64,000 nucleotides of DNA from an uncultured Ignavibacteriaceae bacterium (GTDB lineage Bacteria > Bacteroidota > Ignavibacteria > UBA10030): assembly GCA_964473365.1 (NCBI GenBank), contig CAYYOV010000007.1, positions 5,015-69,014 on the forward strand. The letters are read 5' to 3'. How positions within the stretch are numbered: the first letter of the stretch is position 1; every line of letters begins with the position of its first letter. Positions 1 to 9,412 of this stretch are shown in pieces. The notes beneath the pieces were generated by a model. That model did no database searches. It was not told the origin of the DNA and saw nothing but the letters and a program-made list of their open reading frames with translations. The position numbers and the translations under genes were made by a program.

Positions 1-424
1 CCGCCTTGTAGCCGCTCCGGTCCACGCGGTGAATGTGTTTGATATCGAAGCCCAGGGCTTGGTAGGCCTCGACGGTCCGGGCCACGACCTTGACCGTTTC
101 GTCAGTCGAGTCGTCAAGCACCTGGATCTCCAGCCGCTCCTTCGGATACTCGATCGCGCAAACGGCGTCGATGAGCCGCTCGACGACGTAGAGCTCGTTG
201 AACACCGGAAGCTGCACGGTGACTGTCGGCGTGTCGGTCAACGGTGGCTGCGCCCGGCGCACCTGCTTCTGCTGTCTCAGATAGTGGTAGACCATCAGAA
301 ACCCGTGCGCCCCGAACATGAAGAGGAGCAGGAGCGACAGGAAATAGACGGTCAGTACGACGTCGGTGAACAGGTCGCTCGTGAGCACGTCAAGGGGATT
401 GATCAACATCAAGGCAATGCGCAT
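1..424 (-). CDS. Glycosyltransferase family 2 (CESA/NodC-like), N-terminal ~141 aa only; the gene runs off the 5' edge of the window
   Basis: The reverse-strand translation from ATG at 424 reads MRIALMLINPLDVLTSDLFTDVVLTVYFLSLLLLFMFGAHGFLMVYHYLRQQKQVRRAQPPLTDTPTVTVQLPVFNELYVVERLIDAVCAIEYPKERLEIQVLDDSTDETVKVVARTVEAYQALGFDIKHIHRVDRSGYKA.... It has an N-terminal TM helix, then PxVTVQLPVFNE, DDSTD and R-x-R-x-GYKAG motifs typical of processive GT2 enzymes. There is no stop inside the window. Confidence 0.7.
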   Translation of the reverse strand, partial: MRIALMLINPLDVLTSDLFTDVVLTVYFLSLLLLFMFGAHGFLMVYHYLRQQKQVRRAQPPLTDTPTVTVQLPVFNELYVVERLIDAVCAIEYPKERLEIQVLDDSTDETVKVVARTVEAYQALGFDIKHIHRVDRSGYKA

Positions 425-431
425 AAGGGTC

Positions 432-986
432 CTACCATCCTGCGACGGTATCGTTAAGAATGTCCTCGGTGATCTTGCGGACGGCTTCACTGATGCCGGC
501 CTGTCTCTGGGTGAGCCCGCCACCGGACGGGTAATCGCCCCAGTTGGAGAATTCCTTCTCCCACATCTTCTTCCGCAACTTCAGGTCATTGAACACCATC
601 TTGACGCGCACCGTGATCCGGCGCTGGGCCACCTGCTCACCCCCTTGCAGCACGTTGGGGGCGTCGCGCACCTCCACGATCGATCCCTCCAGGACCGCGT
701 CAGCAGTGTTTCGGTCGGCCAATTCGAGCGTGGCGTCGGTGATGAAGCGCTGTGTCAGCTCCCTCGTGAACTGGTCGCGCAACGACGGGTCGCCGTAGCC
801 GCTGACGTCGTCGACGACAGGAATTGCGACGGTGCTCAGGTGTGGCGGCACCGTACCTCCTTTGAACGAATACGAGCAGCCCGCTATCATCAGCGGCAGA
901 ACCATCGCAAGCAACGAGACGCGAAGGAGGCGCGCAGAGCCACGAGCGACGCCGACCGGTCTGTCCTCGTGCGTTGTCGTTCGCAT
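432..986 (-). CDS. Hypothetical lipoprotein, possibly LptE-like. The start is uncertain: in-frame starts at 1007 (GTG, would overlap the regulator), 986 and 905.
   Basis: ORF 432..1007. The N-terminus has a positively charged region, a hydrophobic stretch and the lipobox LMIAGC|S. It sits 7 nt upstream of the GT2 gene on the same strand. I recognise no catalytic motif. Confidence 0.5.
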   Translation of the reverse strand: MRTTTHEDRPVGVARGSARLLRVSLLAMVLPLMIAGCSYSFKGGTVPPHLSTVAIPVVDDVSGYGDPSLRDQFTRELTQRFITDATLELADRNTADAVLEGSIVEVRDAPNVLQGGEQVAQRRITVRVKMVFNDLKLRKKMWEKEFSNWGDYPSGGGLTQRQAGISEAVRKITEDILNDTVAGW

Positions 987-990
987 GTTC

Positions 991-2115
991 TTATTCGGAC
1001 AGGCCATATTCCTTGATCTTCCGGTAGAGCGTTCGCTCGCTGATGTTGAGGTCGCGGGCGGCCAGACGACGATTGCCTTCGTGGCGTTCGAGCGCCGACT
1101 GGATCATCTGACGTTCCATCTCGTCCAGCGACAGGGCCGATGCGTCCTGCCCCTGATCCGTCGACGGACGGCGCGCCGGCTGTCTGTCGCCACCAGCGAT
1201 GAGGTCCCGCAATTCCATCAGGTTCGCGCGGATATCGAGCAACGCCCGATAGATCAATTCCCGCTCCGCCTGCTCAACGCTCTTTCCCGTTACGACGGGA
1301 AGGTTCCGTTCCACGTTCACCGACGCTCTTCCTTTCAGATACTTTTCAACCGTTTCGGCTTTCAGACGACGGCCACCCTCCAGGACCAACATGCTCTCGA
1401 GGGCGTTCCGCAATTCCCGGATGTTCCCCGGCCAATCGTATTGCATCAGCAGGTCCGTCGCGTCGTCCGTGAACCCTTCGAACCGTACTCCGCTTCGCTC
1501 GCCGATCTCCTCCACGAAGCGCTCCACCAAGAGCGGCAGGTCTTCGCGGCGATCGCGCAGCGGCGGGAGATGGATATTGACCGACCGCAACCGGAAATAC
1601 AGGTCCGACCGGAACCGTTTCTGTTGCACCTCGAGCTCGAGCGACCGATTGGTGGCCGCAATGACGCGCACGTCAGCCGTCCGGGGCTGCGAAGAACCAA
1701 CGCGGACATACTCCCCATTTTCCAGCACACGCAGGAGCTTCACTTGCGTGGCCAGGGGAAGCTCGCCGATCTCGTCCAGAAAGATCGTACCTCCGTCGGC
1801 AGCTTCGAAATAGCCCTTCCGCTGTTCCACCGCGCTCGTGAATGCCCCCTTCTCATGTCCGAACAGCTCGCTCTCGATCAGTCCCTCGGGGATCGCTCCG
1901 CAGTTCACCGTCACGAGCGGCTTCCCAGCCCGCTTGCTCGCCGCATGGATCGCCCGGGCCACGACCTCCTTGCCTGTGCCGCTTTCGCCCGTCACGAGGA
2001 CGGTGATGTCGGACGGCGCCACTTGCCGGATCGTATCAACGATCTCGAGCATCTCGGCTGAACGTCCGATAAGGCCGGTCTGCTGCTGGAATTCCGAGCG
2101 TGTGGACGGTGACAT
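991..2115 (-). CDS. Sigma-54-dependent transcriptional activator (AAA+ sigma-54 interaction domain plus Fis-type HTH), without an N-terminal receiver or sensory domain (PspF-like architecture)
   Basis: Walker A GESGTGKE, the GAFTGA-region equivalent [15 protein letters not shown], an arginine finger region and a C-terminal HTH ([21 protein letters not shown]). Only ~20 aa precede the AAA+ core. Confidence 0.9.
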   Translation of the reverse strand: MSPSTRSEFQQQTGLIGRSAEMLEIVDTIRQVAPSDITVLVTGESGTGKEVVARAIHAASKRAGKPLVTVNCGAIPEGLIESELFGHEKGAFTSAVEQRKGYFEAADGGTIFLDEIGELPLATQVKLLRVLENGEYVRVGSSQPRTADVRVIAATNRSLELEVQQKRFRSDLYFRLRSVNIHLPPLRDRREDLPLLVERFVEEIGERSGVRFEGFTDDATDLLMQYDWPGNIRELRNALESMLVLEGGRRLKAETVEKYLKGRASVNVERNLPVVTGKSVEQAERELIYRALLDIRANLMELRDLIAGGDRQPARRPSTDQGQDASALSLDEMERQMIQSALERHEGNRRLAARDLNISERTLYRKIKEYGLSE

Positions 2116-2156
2116 GGGGAAGTGATCTCGCGTGGCGATCGGGTTCGTGCCTTCGG

Positions 2157-2906
2157 TTACCTCGAAACGGCGATCGCGTCCAGGCCGAACTTCTTCTTGA
2201 TCTCGACCGCGAAGCGCTTGGCCTCATCGATCGTCGGGAATTCCCCCACCCACACCTTGTGGAGCTTCTGCGTTCCGCGGGTGATGGTGAAGATGTTCGA
2301 CGTATACCCTTCCTTCTCGAACTTTCGTTTCAGCTCCTCAGCATTTGAAAGGGCCGAAAACGCCCCAACCTGCAGTGTGAACGCTGCGGAGTATTTTGGC
2401 ACGGGGGCCGCACCCGGCGTCTGCACCGGGATGGGCGTCTCGCGCTGCGGCTCCGACGCCGGCGGTTTTGTCGTCGAAGACGGCTTGGCCGACGGACGCA
2501 CGGGCGTACCTTCCGATGCGTACGCGGAGAACGGATACTCCAGCTTCAGCTGCGCCAACTTTTGCTCGGCCGTCTTGTAGAGACCGACGGACGTGTAGTA
2601 TTGATACAGCCGGAACAGCGCGTCGTCGGCCCATTCGTCCTTCGGAAAATTGTCGACGATGTTCTGATAGATCTTCGCCGCTTCCGTTCCGTCGGGCGTC
2701 AGGACGCCCTGGAGATACATCACCCCCGGGTGGTTCTGGTGAGACGTCATGAGCTGCGGAAGCTCAGCGCTGACCGCATCGGCCTGACCGCTCTCGATCA
2801 TCTCGAGCCGGCGCCGGATGTCGGGCTCGCTCGGACTCGTTTGCGACCACAGAAGCGCCGTGACGAGGACCGACAATATCGTGATGGATGCGATACGCAT
2901 GGTCAC
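2157..2906 (-). CDS. SPOR domain-containing protein with a signal peptide and TPR-like N-terminal region
   Basis: The N-terminus has a signal peptide or TM segment. There is a Pro/Ser/Thr-rich linker. The C-terminal ~75 aa ([31 protein letters not shown]...[25 protein letters not shown]) matches the SPOR peptidoglycan-binding fold pattern. Confidence 0.6.
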   Translation of the reverse strand: MTMRIASITILSVLVTALLWSQTSPSEPDIRRRLEMIESGQADAVSAELPQLMTSHQNHPGVMYLQGVLTPDGTEAAKIYQNIVDNFPKDEWADDALFRLYQYYTSVGLYKTAEQKLAQLKLEYPFSAYASEGTPVRPSAKPSSTTKPPASEPQRETPIPVQTPGAAPVPKYSAAFTLQVGAFSALSNAEELKRKFEKEGYTSNIFTITRGTQKLHKVWVGEFPTIDEAKRFAVEIKKKFGLDAIAVSR

Positions 2907-2912
2907 CTCCGC

Positions 2913-4268
2913 TCAATGGACTGCGGTCGTCTCGCCGAAGAGCGTCGCCGCATTGGCGCGCCGGATGAGGATCCGTGCGATCTGGCCGGGCGCCTCGCCG
3001 TTCCTCGGGAAAACGACCATCTTGTTCGTATCGGTCCGGCCGCAGGCATCGGCCGCGGACCGCTTGCTCTCTCCCTCGACCAGCACGTCGACGACCCTGC
3101 CGACCTCGCGCTGGTTCTTCCGGAATGAGATCTCGCGCTGGACCTCGATGATCTCGTTCAGCCTGCGCATCTTTATCGCCTCAGGCACGGAGTCGGGCAT
3201 TTCCCAGGCTTTCGTGTTCTCCCGCGGCGAATAGGCGAACGTGAACGCACCGTCATATTCGACTTCGCGCAACAGGGCGACGGTGGCGGTGTGATCTTCC
3301 TCCGTTTCCGACGGAAAGCCTGCGATGATGTCCGTCGAAAGGCTCACGCCGGCGATCCGCGTCGTGATCCGCTCGACAAGCCGCCGGTAGTGGTCGACCG
3401 TGTAGGTGCGGTTCATCAATTCGAGGATCCGATCGGACCCTGACTGAACGGGAAGATGAATGTACTTGCACAGGTTGTCGTGCTCAGCGATCGTATCGAT
3501 GAGCTTGTCCGACATATCCTGCGGATGCGACGTCGTGAACCGGACGCGCAGCGAACGATCGATGCGAGCCACGGCGGCCAACAGATCGGCGAAATCGTTG
3601 TCTCCATCGCGGTAGGAATTGACGTTCTGACCGAGCAACGTCACCTCGCGAAATCCTTTGCCGAGAAGGTCCTCGACCTCGCGCACAACGCCAGCGAGCG
3701 AGCGGCTCCGCTCGCGTCCGCGCGTGAACGGCACGACGCAGAACGTGCAGAACTTGTCGCACCCGCGCATGACCGATACCCACGCGCTGACGCCCTCGGT
3801 CCGAAGCGGCAGAATGTCATCGTAGTTCTCGACGCGCGAGAGGCGGACGGCGATACCCCGCTCTCCTTCGAACGCCCGACCAACCAGTTCGGGGAGCCGA
3901 CGGTACTCGTCCGGGCCCACGACGAGGTCGACGTACGATTCGGTCTCCATCAAGTCCTTGCGCAATCGTTCCGCCATACAACCAAGGACGCCGACGACGA
4001 CGCCAGGGTTGTCCTTCTTCAGGTGCTTGAAGTCCCCCAAACGGCCGTACACCCGGGTCTCGGCATTTTCACGGATGGCGCACGTGTTCACGAAGATCAC
4101 GTCTGCGTCGGCAAGACTGTCGGTCCGGCCATATCCAGCAGCGCTCATGACGCTCTGTACCACCTCCGAGTCCGCCAGGTTCATCTGGCAGCCGTAGGTT
4201 TCCACGTAGACCTTTCGCACCGTTTCGCTCATCACCGACATATGGCCTGTAAGGCTGTGAGACGTCAC
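2913..4268 (-). CDS. miaB: tRNA-i6A37 methylthiotransferase MiaB (radical SAM). The ORF begins with GTG at 4268; in-frame ATGs at 4241 and 4232 are alternative starts.
   Basis: It has the KVYVETYGCQMN UPF0004 N-terminal motif, the radical-SAM CxxxCxxC block (CDKFCTFCVVP) and a TRAM-like C-terminus. The size is ~450 aa. Confidence 0.9.
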   Translation of the reverse strand: MTSHSLTGHMSVMSETVRKVYVETYGCQMNLADSEVVQSVMSAAGYGRTDSLADADVIFVNTCAIRENAETRVYGRLGDFKHLKKDNPGVVVGVLGCMAERLRKDLMETESYVDLVVGPDEYRRLPELVGRAFEGERGIAVRLSRVENYDDILPLRTEGVSAWVSVMRGCDKFCTFCVVPFTRGRERSRSLAGVVREVEDLLGKGFREVTLLGQNVNSYRDGDNDFADLLAAVARIDRSLRVRFTTSHPQDMSDKLIDTIAEHDNLCKYIHLPVQSGSDRILELMNRTYTVDHYRRLVERITTRIAGVSLSTDIIAGFPSETEEDHTATVALLREVEYDGAFTFAYSPRENTKAWEMPDSVPEAIKMRRLNEIIEVQREISFRKNQREVGRVVDVLVEGESKRSAADACGRTDTNKMVVFPRNGEAPGQIARILIRRANAATLFGETTAVH

Positions 4269-4450
4269 TTTTGGTTAAAAAAGATAGTGAAGATTTGTCA
4301 GGTCATCAACGAGAGAAAAATCACATTAAGTCCTTTTAATATTAATGATTTGTAAGGACTCTCACTGTGCGTCAGAACTAGAAGATTGTCAAAAAGGCAG
4401 AAAATCAAGAATCATTCGTTGAGATTGAGAATGTCTGGGTGAATTTCCAA
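4269..4450. promoter_or_regulatory. AT-rich (~30% GC) divergent intergenic island between miaB and pta. It probably holds promoters for one or both genes. There is a 7-bp inverted repeat at 4329-4360.
   Basis: The local base composition is very different from the rest of the window: runs of aaaa/tttt, ttaatattaatgatttg, and the inverted repeat agtcctt(N18)aaggact. A ~270-nt GC-normal untranslated stretch then follows before the pta ATG at 4725. Confidence 0.35.
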
Positions 4451-4724
4451 TGATCTTCCAGCGGCACGGAACATGCTCCGTTGGTGCCCATTGCGGCGAT
4501 GGTTGGGTATCTTTGTTCTGTTCAAGGATGCCCCAACCGTGAGGTGCGACAGGATGTGCGACGCTGGAGGACGTCTCCGTTGGAGACCCCCGCCATCCCA
4601 CCCCACGACCCATGGCGCCCCCGAACACATCGCCCAGGGCAGCGAGCCTTGACACCAACCGGCGATGTCAGCCGCCTGGGACCACCTGCATGTCGTATAC
4701 ACACTGAGAACCCTGGAAGCCACC

Positions 4725-5705
4725 ATGAATCCGCTCCTTCAACAGATCCGCCGCAATGCGGCGTCACTGAACAAACACATTGTACTGCCGGATGCGCTCG
4801 ACGAACGTGCGATCGCCGCTGCCCGAATCCTGGTCGACGAGAAGATCGCCCGCGTCACGCTCATCGGACCTGCTGCCGAGGTCCGGGCGAAGGCAGACGC
4901 TTTGAACGTACGGCTCGACGGGATCGGCCTCGTCGATCCGGCGACCGACCCGCGACGAGCGAGCTACGCGGCGGCCTTCGCCGAGATCCGCCGATCGAAA
5001 GGCCTGACGCTCGAGCAAGCGCAGGCCACGATGGCTCATCCGCTCTTCTTTGGGGCGATGATGATCCGCAACGGCGATGCCGACGGCAGCGTCGCCGGGT
5101 CCATCTCGACGACGGGCGACGTCCTCCGCGCGGCTATCCAGGCGGTCGGTGTCGCGGACGGGATCAGCATAGTTTCCTCGTTCTTTCTCATGATCTTTCC
5201 GACGACCACGCTCACGTTCGCCGATTGCGCCGTTGTCCCCGACCCCACAGCCGAGCAACTGGCTGACATCGCCATCGCCTCCGCAGACAATCATCGAAAG
5301 CTGACGGGTGACGCGGCGCGCGTAGCGATGCTCTCCTTCTCGACCAAGGGGAGCGCCGAACATCCACACGTCGACAAGGTTCGATCGGCCACCGACATGG
5401 TTCGGAAGAAGCGTCCCGACCTCAATGTCGACGGCGAACTGCAGCTCGACGCCGCCATCGTCGCCTCCATCGGCGAACGAAAGGCCCCCGGCAGCCCCGT
5501 GGCAGGCAAAGCCAACGTGCTCGTCTTCCCCGACCTGGACGCCGGCAACATTGGATACAAGCTCGCCCAGCGTCTTGGCGGAGCCGAAGCAGTCGGGCCG
5601 GTTGTCCAGGGACTGCGCAAACCCTGCTTCGACCTCTCTCGCGGTTGCAGCGTGGACGACATTGTGAACACATCGGCGATCAATGCGGTGGTGGGAGCAG
5701 TCTAG
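4725..5705 (+). CDS. pta: Phosphate acetyltransferase (phosphotransacetylase)
   Basis: [48 protein letters not shown]..., then GDADGSVAG and a C-terminal [20 protein letters not shown], all typical of Pta (PTA_PTB family). ATG at 4725. Confidence 0.9.
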   Translation: MNPLLQQIRRNAASLNKHIVLPDALDERAIAAARILVDEKIARVTLIGPAAEVRAKADALNVRLDGIGLVDPATDPRRASYAAAFAEIRRSKGLTLEQAQATMAHPLFFGAMMIRNGDADGSVAGSISTTGDVLRAAIQAVGVADGISIVSSFFLMIFPTTTLTFADCAVVPDPTAEQLADIAIASADNHRKLTGDAARVAMLSFSTKGSAEHPHVDKVRSATDMVRKKRPDLNVDGELQLDAAIVASIGERKAPGSPVAGKANVLVFPDLDAGNIGYKLAQRLGGAEAVGPVVQGLRKPCFDLSRGCSVDDIVNTSAINAVVGAV

Positions 5706-5797
5706 CCGATAGAGGTGTATTCGTGTTCTTCGTGGATCGTCGTTCCGCGTGGTTTGACGATCGAACCTTCCCCCATTCACCGTATCCGGTCCCTGGC

Positions 5798-6304
5798 ATG
5801 TCTCATAAGGTCCAACGCAAGCAGCCCAACAGTCGCATGTGTCTCGTGTGCGGGCTGAAGAACCCCTATGGCCTCAAGGCGTCGTATTACGAACTCGACA
5901 ATGGCGACCTTGTGTGCGTGTTTCAGCCGCAGGAGCATCACCAGTCGTATCCCGGACGCACGCACGGAGGCATCACGGCAGCCGTGCTCGATGAGACGAT
6001 CGGCCGCGCCGTCATGCATCGTCGCGACACTCCGACGTGGGGCGTGACGGTGGAATTCTCGATCAAGTACCGCAAGCCCATTCCATACGGGGAGACCTTG
6101 CGTGCGGTCGGGCGCATCACGAACGATTCCGGCCGACTGTTTGAAGGGACCGGCGAATTGCTGCTCGATGATGGGACCGTCGCAGCAGAAGCGACGGGAA
6201 AGTATCTCAAGATGCCGATCGACAAGATCGCCGACTTTGACGTCGATGCGCAGGAGTGGCGGGTGCACGAACATCCTGACGACCCTACGGAGATCGACGT
6301 ATAG
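5798..6304 (+). CDS. PaaI-family (hotdog fold) thioesterase
   Basis: Hotdog thioesterase pattern (RMCLVCGLKNPYGLK ... HGGITAAVLDETIGRAV ... tail). ~168 aa, the usual size for this family. The upstream part of ORF 5645..6304 overlaps the pta 3' end, so I trimmed the start to the internal ATG at 5798. Confidence 0.7.
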   Translation: MSHKVQRKQPNSRMCLVCGLKNPYGLKASYYELDNGDLVCVFQPQEHHQSYPGRTHGGITAAVLDETIGRAVMHRRDTPTWGVTVEFSIKYRKPIPYGETLRAVGRITNDSGRLFEGTGELLLDDGTVAAEATGKYLKMPIDKIADFDVDAQEWRVHEHPDDPTEIDV

Positions 6305-6356
6305 GCACCAGGGGCGATCGCCGAGATCCTCTCATGTCTCACCGACGTGATCCATA

Positions 6357-7520
6357 GTGGATTCCACCCATCGATACGCTTTTCTCGACCTCTATCGGGG
6401 TCTTATCGTGGTATTCATGCTCGAGGGGCATCTCGTCCGCCAGCTCATGGGAATGGCCTGGCAGGAGGGACCGGCGTTCCGTGCGCACGAGCTGTTCCAC
6501 GGTCTGACGGCCCCCGGGTTCTTGTTTGGGGCCGGGTTCACGTTCGCCATCGCCACGCAGCGAAAGTCGCACCTCCTGAAGGGCCTGTCCTGGCCCGTGC
6601 TGCGGCGGCTCTGGCGGGGCGCGTTACTGATGCTTGTCGGATACGCATTGCACCTCCCGTTCCTTTCCCTGTCGAAGACCATTCACGGCTCAAGTCCCGT
6701 CGAATGGGGCGCATTCCTGCGCTTCGATGTCCTCCAGCTGATCGGGCTGTCGCTCATTCTGTTGCGGCTTCTCTACCTCGTCGCCCGAGACGACCGGCAA
6801 TTTCTCGCGCTGGTGTCCACGGGAACGCTTTTCACGGTAATGCTGGCTCCGCACGTCTGGAACGGCGTCGGACCGTCGGCTCCGCTCTGGATCTCAACGG
6901 CGCTCACTGGCCGGTACGGGTCACCGTTCCCCGTCTTCCCGAACATCGCCTTTGTCCTCTCGGGTGTCGTCGCATCTTGGGGTTTTTTGCGGGCCCGTCA
7001 GGACGACGCCGAGCATTCGTATATGCGCTGGCTGCTGGGGGCGGGAGTTCTTTTCATCGCGGTCGGATGGCTGTTCGATCTACTTCCGATAGCGTCGAAC
7101 GACACTGCCGATTATTGGACGAGCGCTCCGAGTTTCTTCTGGGTGCGACTCGGACTACTGTTGGTGGGGATGGGTGGACTGTGGTTCCTCGAGCAAGGGG
7201 TCGTTGGGACCGCGGGCGAGCCGTACCTTCTGCCGCGATGGCTTACGATGCTTGGCGTCGAATCGTTGTTCGTGTACATCGCGCACCTCGTGCTGCTGTA
7301 CGGCTCAGTATTGAACCCCGAAGACAATCTGACGGCGTGGCTCGGCCGCGAGCTGGCCCCATGGATGGCGATGGCACTGGTGGTCCCGTTCGTCGTCGTG
7401 AGCGCCGTCGGTGCGCGTGCGTGGCACACGCTGAAGAAACGTCACGGGCCGTGGATGCGGCTGGCGTATTGGTGGATGGGATTGTCCTTTGCCGGAGAGC
7501 TCGTGTTGCGGGCATACTGA
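6357..7520 (+). CDS. DUF1624 / HGSNAT-like acyltransferase-family integral membrane protein
   Basis: GTG start. The N-terminal motif RYAFLDLYRGLIVVFMLEGH matches the R-x-x-x-D-x-x-RG...ML..H signature of DUF1624. About 10 predicted TM helices. The overlapping ORF 6347..7606 in another frame is Arg-rich and looks like a spurious shadow ORF. Confidence 0.6.
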   Translation: MDSTHRYAFLDLYRGLIVVFMLEGHLVRQLMGMAWQEGPAFRAHELFHGLTAPGFLFGAGFTFAIATQRKSHLLKGLSWPVLRRLWRGALLMLVGYALHLPFLSLSKTIHGSSPVEWGAFLRFDVLQLIGLSLILLRLLYLVARDDRQFLALVSTGTLFTVMLAPHVWNGVGPSAPLWISTALTGRYGSPFPVFPNIAFVLSGVVASWGFLRARQDDAEHSYMRWLLGAGVLFIAVGWLFDLLPIASNDTADYWTSAPSFFWVRLGLLLVGMGGLWFLEQGVVGTAGEPYLLPRWLTMLGVESLFVYIAHLVLLYGSVLNPEDNLTAWLGRELAPWMAMALVVPFVVVSAVGARAWHTLKKRHGPWMRLAYWWMGLSFAGELVLRAY

Positions 7521-7699
7521 CCCCGCGACACGTCGGGGAGCTCACGCGTCCCACCGTCTATTTCCACAAACTCATTAAGTCTGACTTGCGTGTGATTTCA
7601 TCTTGACACGCGCTGTGGGCCGGACTATATTCGCAGAGCGAAGCGACAACGTTTTTCGCTGACGATTCGTTCGACGTTCACGTACTTCATCCGTTCGCT

Positions 7700-8314
7700 A
7701 TGAGGGGACGTTTCACTCGACGCCGCTGGCTTGCCGCCGGCACGGCGCTCGTCATCACCGGCGGTATTGCGTTCGTGCTCCTGCTGGCAGCATTCGACCG
7801 CTCTACCATTGAAGGCTCCATCCGTCCGACGCTTCAATTGCACACACCCGACGGTGGTCTGGTCCGGCTGATCTCGCCATACGGACGCCGGCATCTCCTC
7901 GTGTTCTTCCTGGTATCGTGCCCCCATTGCCATGACGTGTTGAACCACATGCGGCGCCTGAGGCCGCACCTTGCTTCGTGCGATCTCTTCGCCGTATCGC
8001 TCAGCGACTCAGTTGCGACAGCGTCCTACACGGCCACATGGAACGATCCGTTTCCTGTGTGGACCATGTCCCCCCATGATGCGCTGTTGCAGCTCGGTAT
8101 CCGGCGGGTACCCAGCCTTCTCTTTGTGAGCGAGACCGACCGCGTCGACTGGGTGCGCACCGGAGCGAGGTCATTCCTGGAGGATAGCGTAATGATCGTC
8201 CGCTACTGCGACGGGGGCTCGTCGGGCCTTTCGGCGGTGGATTCCTTGGGGGAGGATGGGTCGCCGACGGTTCTCGGCGACGCCTCCGGGCAGGGCGGCC
8301 GACAACGATATTGA
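7700..8314 (+). CDS. Membrane-anchored thioredoxin-fold thiol:disulfide oxidoreductase (CPHC active site, DsbA-type motif)
   Basis: N-terminal TM anchor (LAAGTALVITGGIAFVLLLAAF), then LLVFFLVSCPHCHDV, i.e. a CxxC motif after a beta-strand as in thioredoxin-fold oxidoreductases. Confidence 0.6.
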   Translation: MRGRFTRRRWLAAGTALVITGGIAFVLLLAAFDRSTIEGSIRPTLQLHTPDGGLVRLISPYGRRHLLVFFLVSCPHCHDVLNHMRRLRPHLASCDLFAVSLSDSVATASYTATWNDPFPVWTMSPHDALLQLGIRRVPSLLFVSETDRVDWVRTGARSFLEDSVMIVRYCDGGSSGLSAVDSLGEDGSPTVLGDASGQGGRQRY

Positions 8315-8487
8315 TCGAACGGCAGTTCAGCGCCGCTTTCTGTCCGCTGAACCGCCCGGTAGCGTGCAACGCCGGTCTTCGGTCGGCCCCGGAGGTCAGT
8401 GACGCGCACTCTCGGACGGATGGGCCGCAGCGGGCGGCCGGCGGCGATCACGATCCATTCACCGATCTTTTCAGAAGGAGGTTCATC

Positions 8488-8796
8488 ATGGTACGTTCTG
8501 CTCTGTTCATCCTTGCCGCGATTGTCGTCGGCATATTCGGTCTCGAGCGACCAGCGCCCGTTGCAGCCGCCACGCCAGCGGTCTCTGTGCGTCTGAGTAC
8601 CGCCGAGACGGATTGTATCGTCGGCGGCGAAGCTGGTTGTCTCGAAGTTATGGCTGGGGCATATGGAGGATGTGTCGAGGCGAATTTCGACCCTGAGCGT
8701 CCTGAGACTGCATCGGCGTTCATCGGATGCGGGGCCGTGGGGCTCTGGAGCGGCGTTGCATGCGCAGTGACTTGGCTCTGGAGCCTAGTCTTCTAA
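8488..8796 (+). CDS. Small (102 aa) exported Cys/Gly-rich protein with hydrophobic N- and C-terminal segments; function unknown
   Basis: ATG at 8488 with AGGAGG 8 nt upstream. The sequence is MVRSALFILAAIVVGIFGLERPAPVAAATPAVSVRLSTAETDCIVGGEAGCLEVMAGAYGGCVEANFDPERPETASAFIGCGAVGLWSGVACAVTWLWSLVF. It has 6 Cys, and the stretch LSTAETDCIVGG resembles the LSxxELxxIxGG double-glycine leader consensus. Confidence 0.45.
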   Translation: MVRSALFILAAIVVGIFGLERPAPVAAATPAVSVRLSTAETDCIVGGEAGCLEVMAGAYGGCVEANFDPERPETASAFIGCGAVGLWSGVACAVTWLWSLVF

Positions 8797-8843
8797 CCAT
8801 CTCGCTCAGTTCGTTCATCCATCACACGGAGGTTTGATTGGCC

Positions 8844-9368
8844 ATGCGACAGATCCTCTTGATCACGATGTTGACCGTTGTGGGTGTCGTTGCTGGTTCT
8901 CAGATGACCCACCATTGGGCCGATCCGATACGGTTGATCCAGCTCGATGTTCACGTGAACAACGCTCAACGATCCATCTTGCGCGATCCGCCCGCGAGGC
9001 TTGTGATCGATACGACGACGGGAAGGCGCATGGAATTCAGGGGCTATTTCGCCCATGAACGGAGGGAGGAGTGGTGGGGGGTCCCTGTCAGGGTTCGGTA
9101 CGCTTTCTCGGCCAAGGACAGCCTCATGGGGTATGTGCTCGCGACGTACATTGAGTCCACGCGGCTCTCGCGGTCGCCTGTCGGGCTGTGCGATTCATTG
9201 TGGGATCGATTGAAGCGATCGCACGGGACGCCGCAGAAGGAATCCACGACACGCTCGTTTGAGCAATGTGTATGGGATCTGCAGAATGGCAAGCTCGTCG
9301 CGACCCGTTCGGGTGGTGTTGCAAAGACGATGGTGATCTCTTTCACGAAACGACCCGCAACGAAATAG
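8844..9368 (+). CDS. Hypothetical secreted protein (175 aa)
   Basis: ATG at 8844 with GGAGG 11 nt upstream. N-terminal signal peptide (MRQILLITMLTVVGVVAGSQ). No recognisable domain. Confidence 0.45.
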   Translation: MRQILLITMLTVVGVVAGSQMTHHWADPIRLIQLDVHVNNAQRSILRDPPARLVIDTTTGRRMEFRGYFAHERREEWWGVPVRVRYAFSAKDSLMGYVLATYIESTRLSRSPVGLCDSLWDRLKRSHGTPQKESTTRSFEQCVWDLQNGKLVATRSGGVAKTMVISFTKRPATK

Positions 9369-9412
9369 CCGTTCCCTTTTTCCACAAACTTCCGCATCTT
9401 TGAACCGCCCGG

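Noticed and set aside
6347-7606. 419-aa ORF overlapping the DUF1624 gene in another frame
   Set aside because: It is Arg/Ala/Pro-rich with low complexity, typical of a GC-rich shadow frame. The co-located frame (6357..7520) gives a coherent 10-TM membrane protein with a family motif.
8584-8628. Alternative GTG start giving a 14-aa leader (M-RLSTAETDCIVGG) for the Cys-rich peptide
   Set aside because: No RBS is present. The upstream ATG at 8488 has a textbook AGGAGG at the correct spacing, so the long form is more likely translated. The short form remains possible if internal initiation occurs.
7561-9392. Repeated 12-mer tttccacaaact upstream of the oxidoreductase (7561) and the hydrolase (9381)
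   Set aside because: With ~2x10^9 position pairs in a 64-kb window, exact 12-mer recurrences are expected by chance many times over. There are no further copies and no consistent spacing to the starts.
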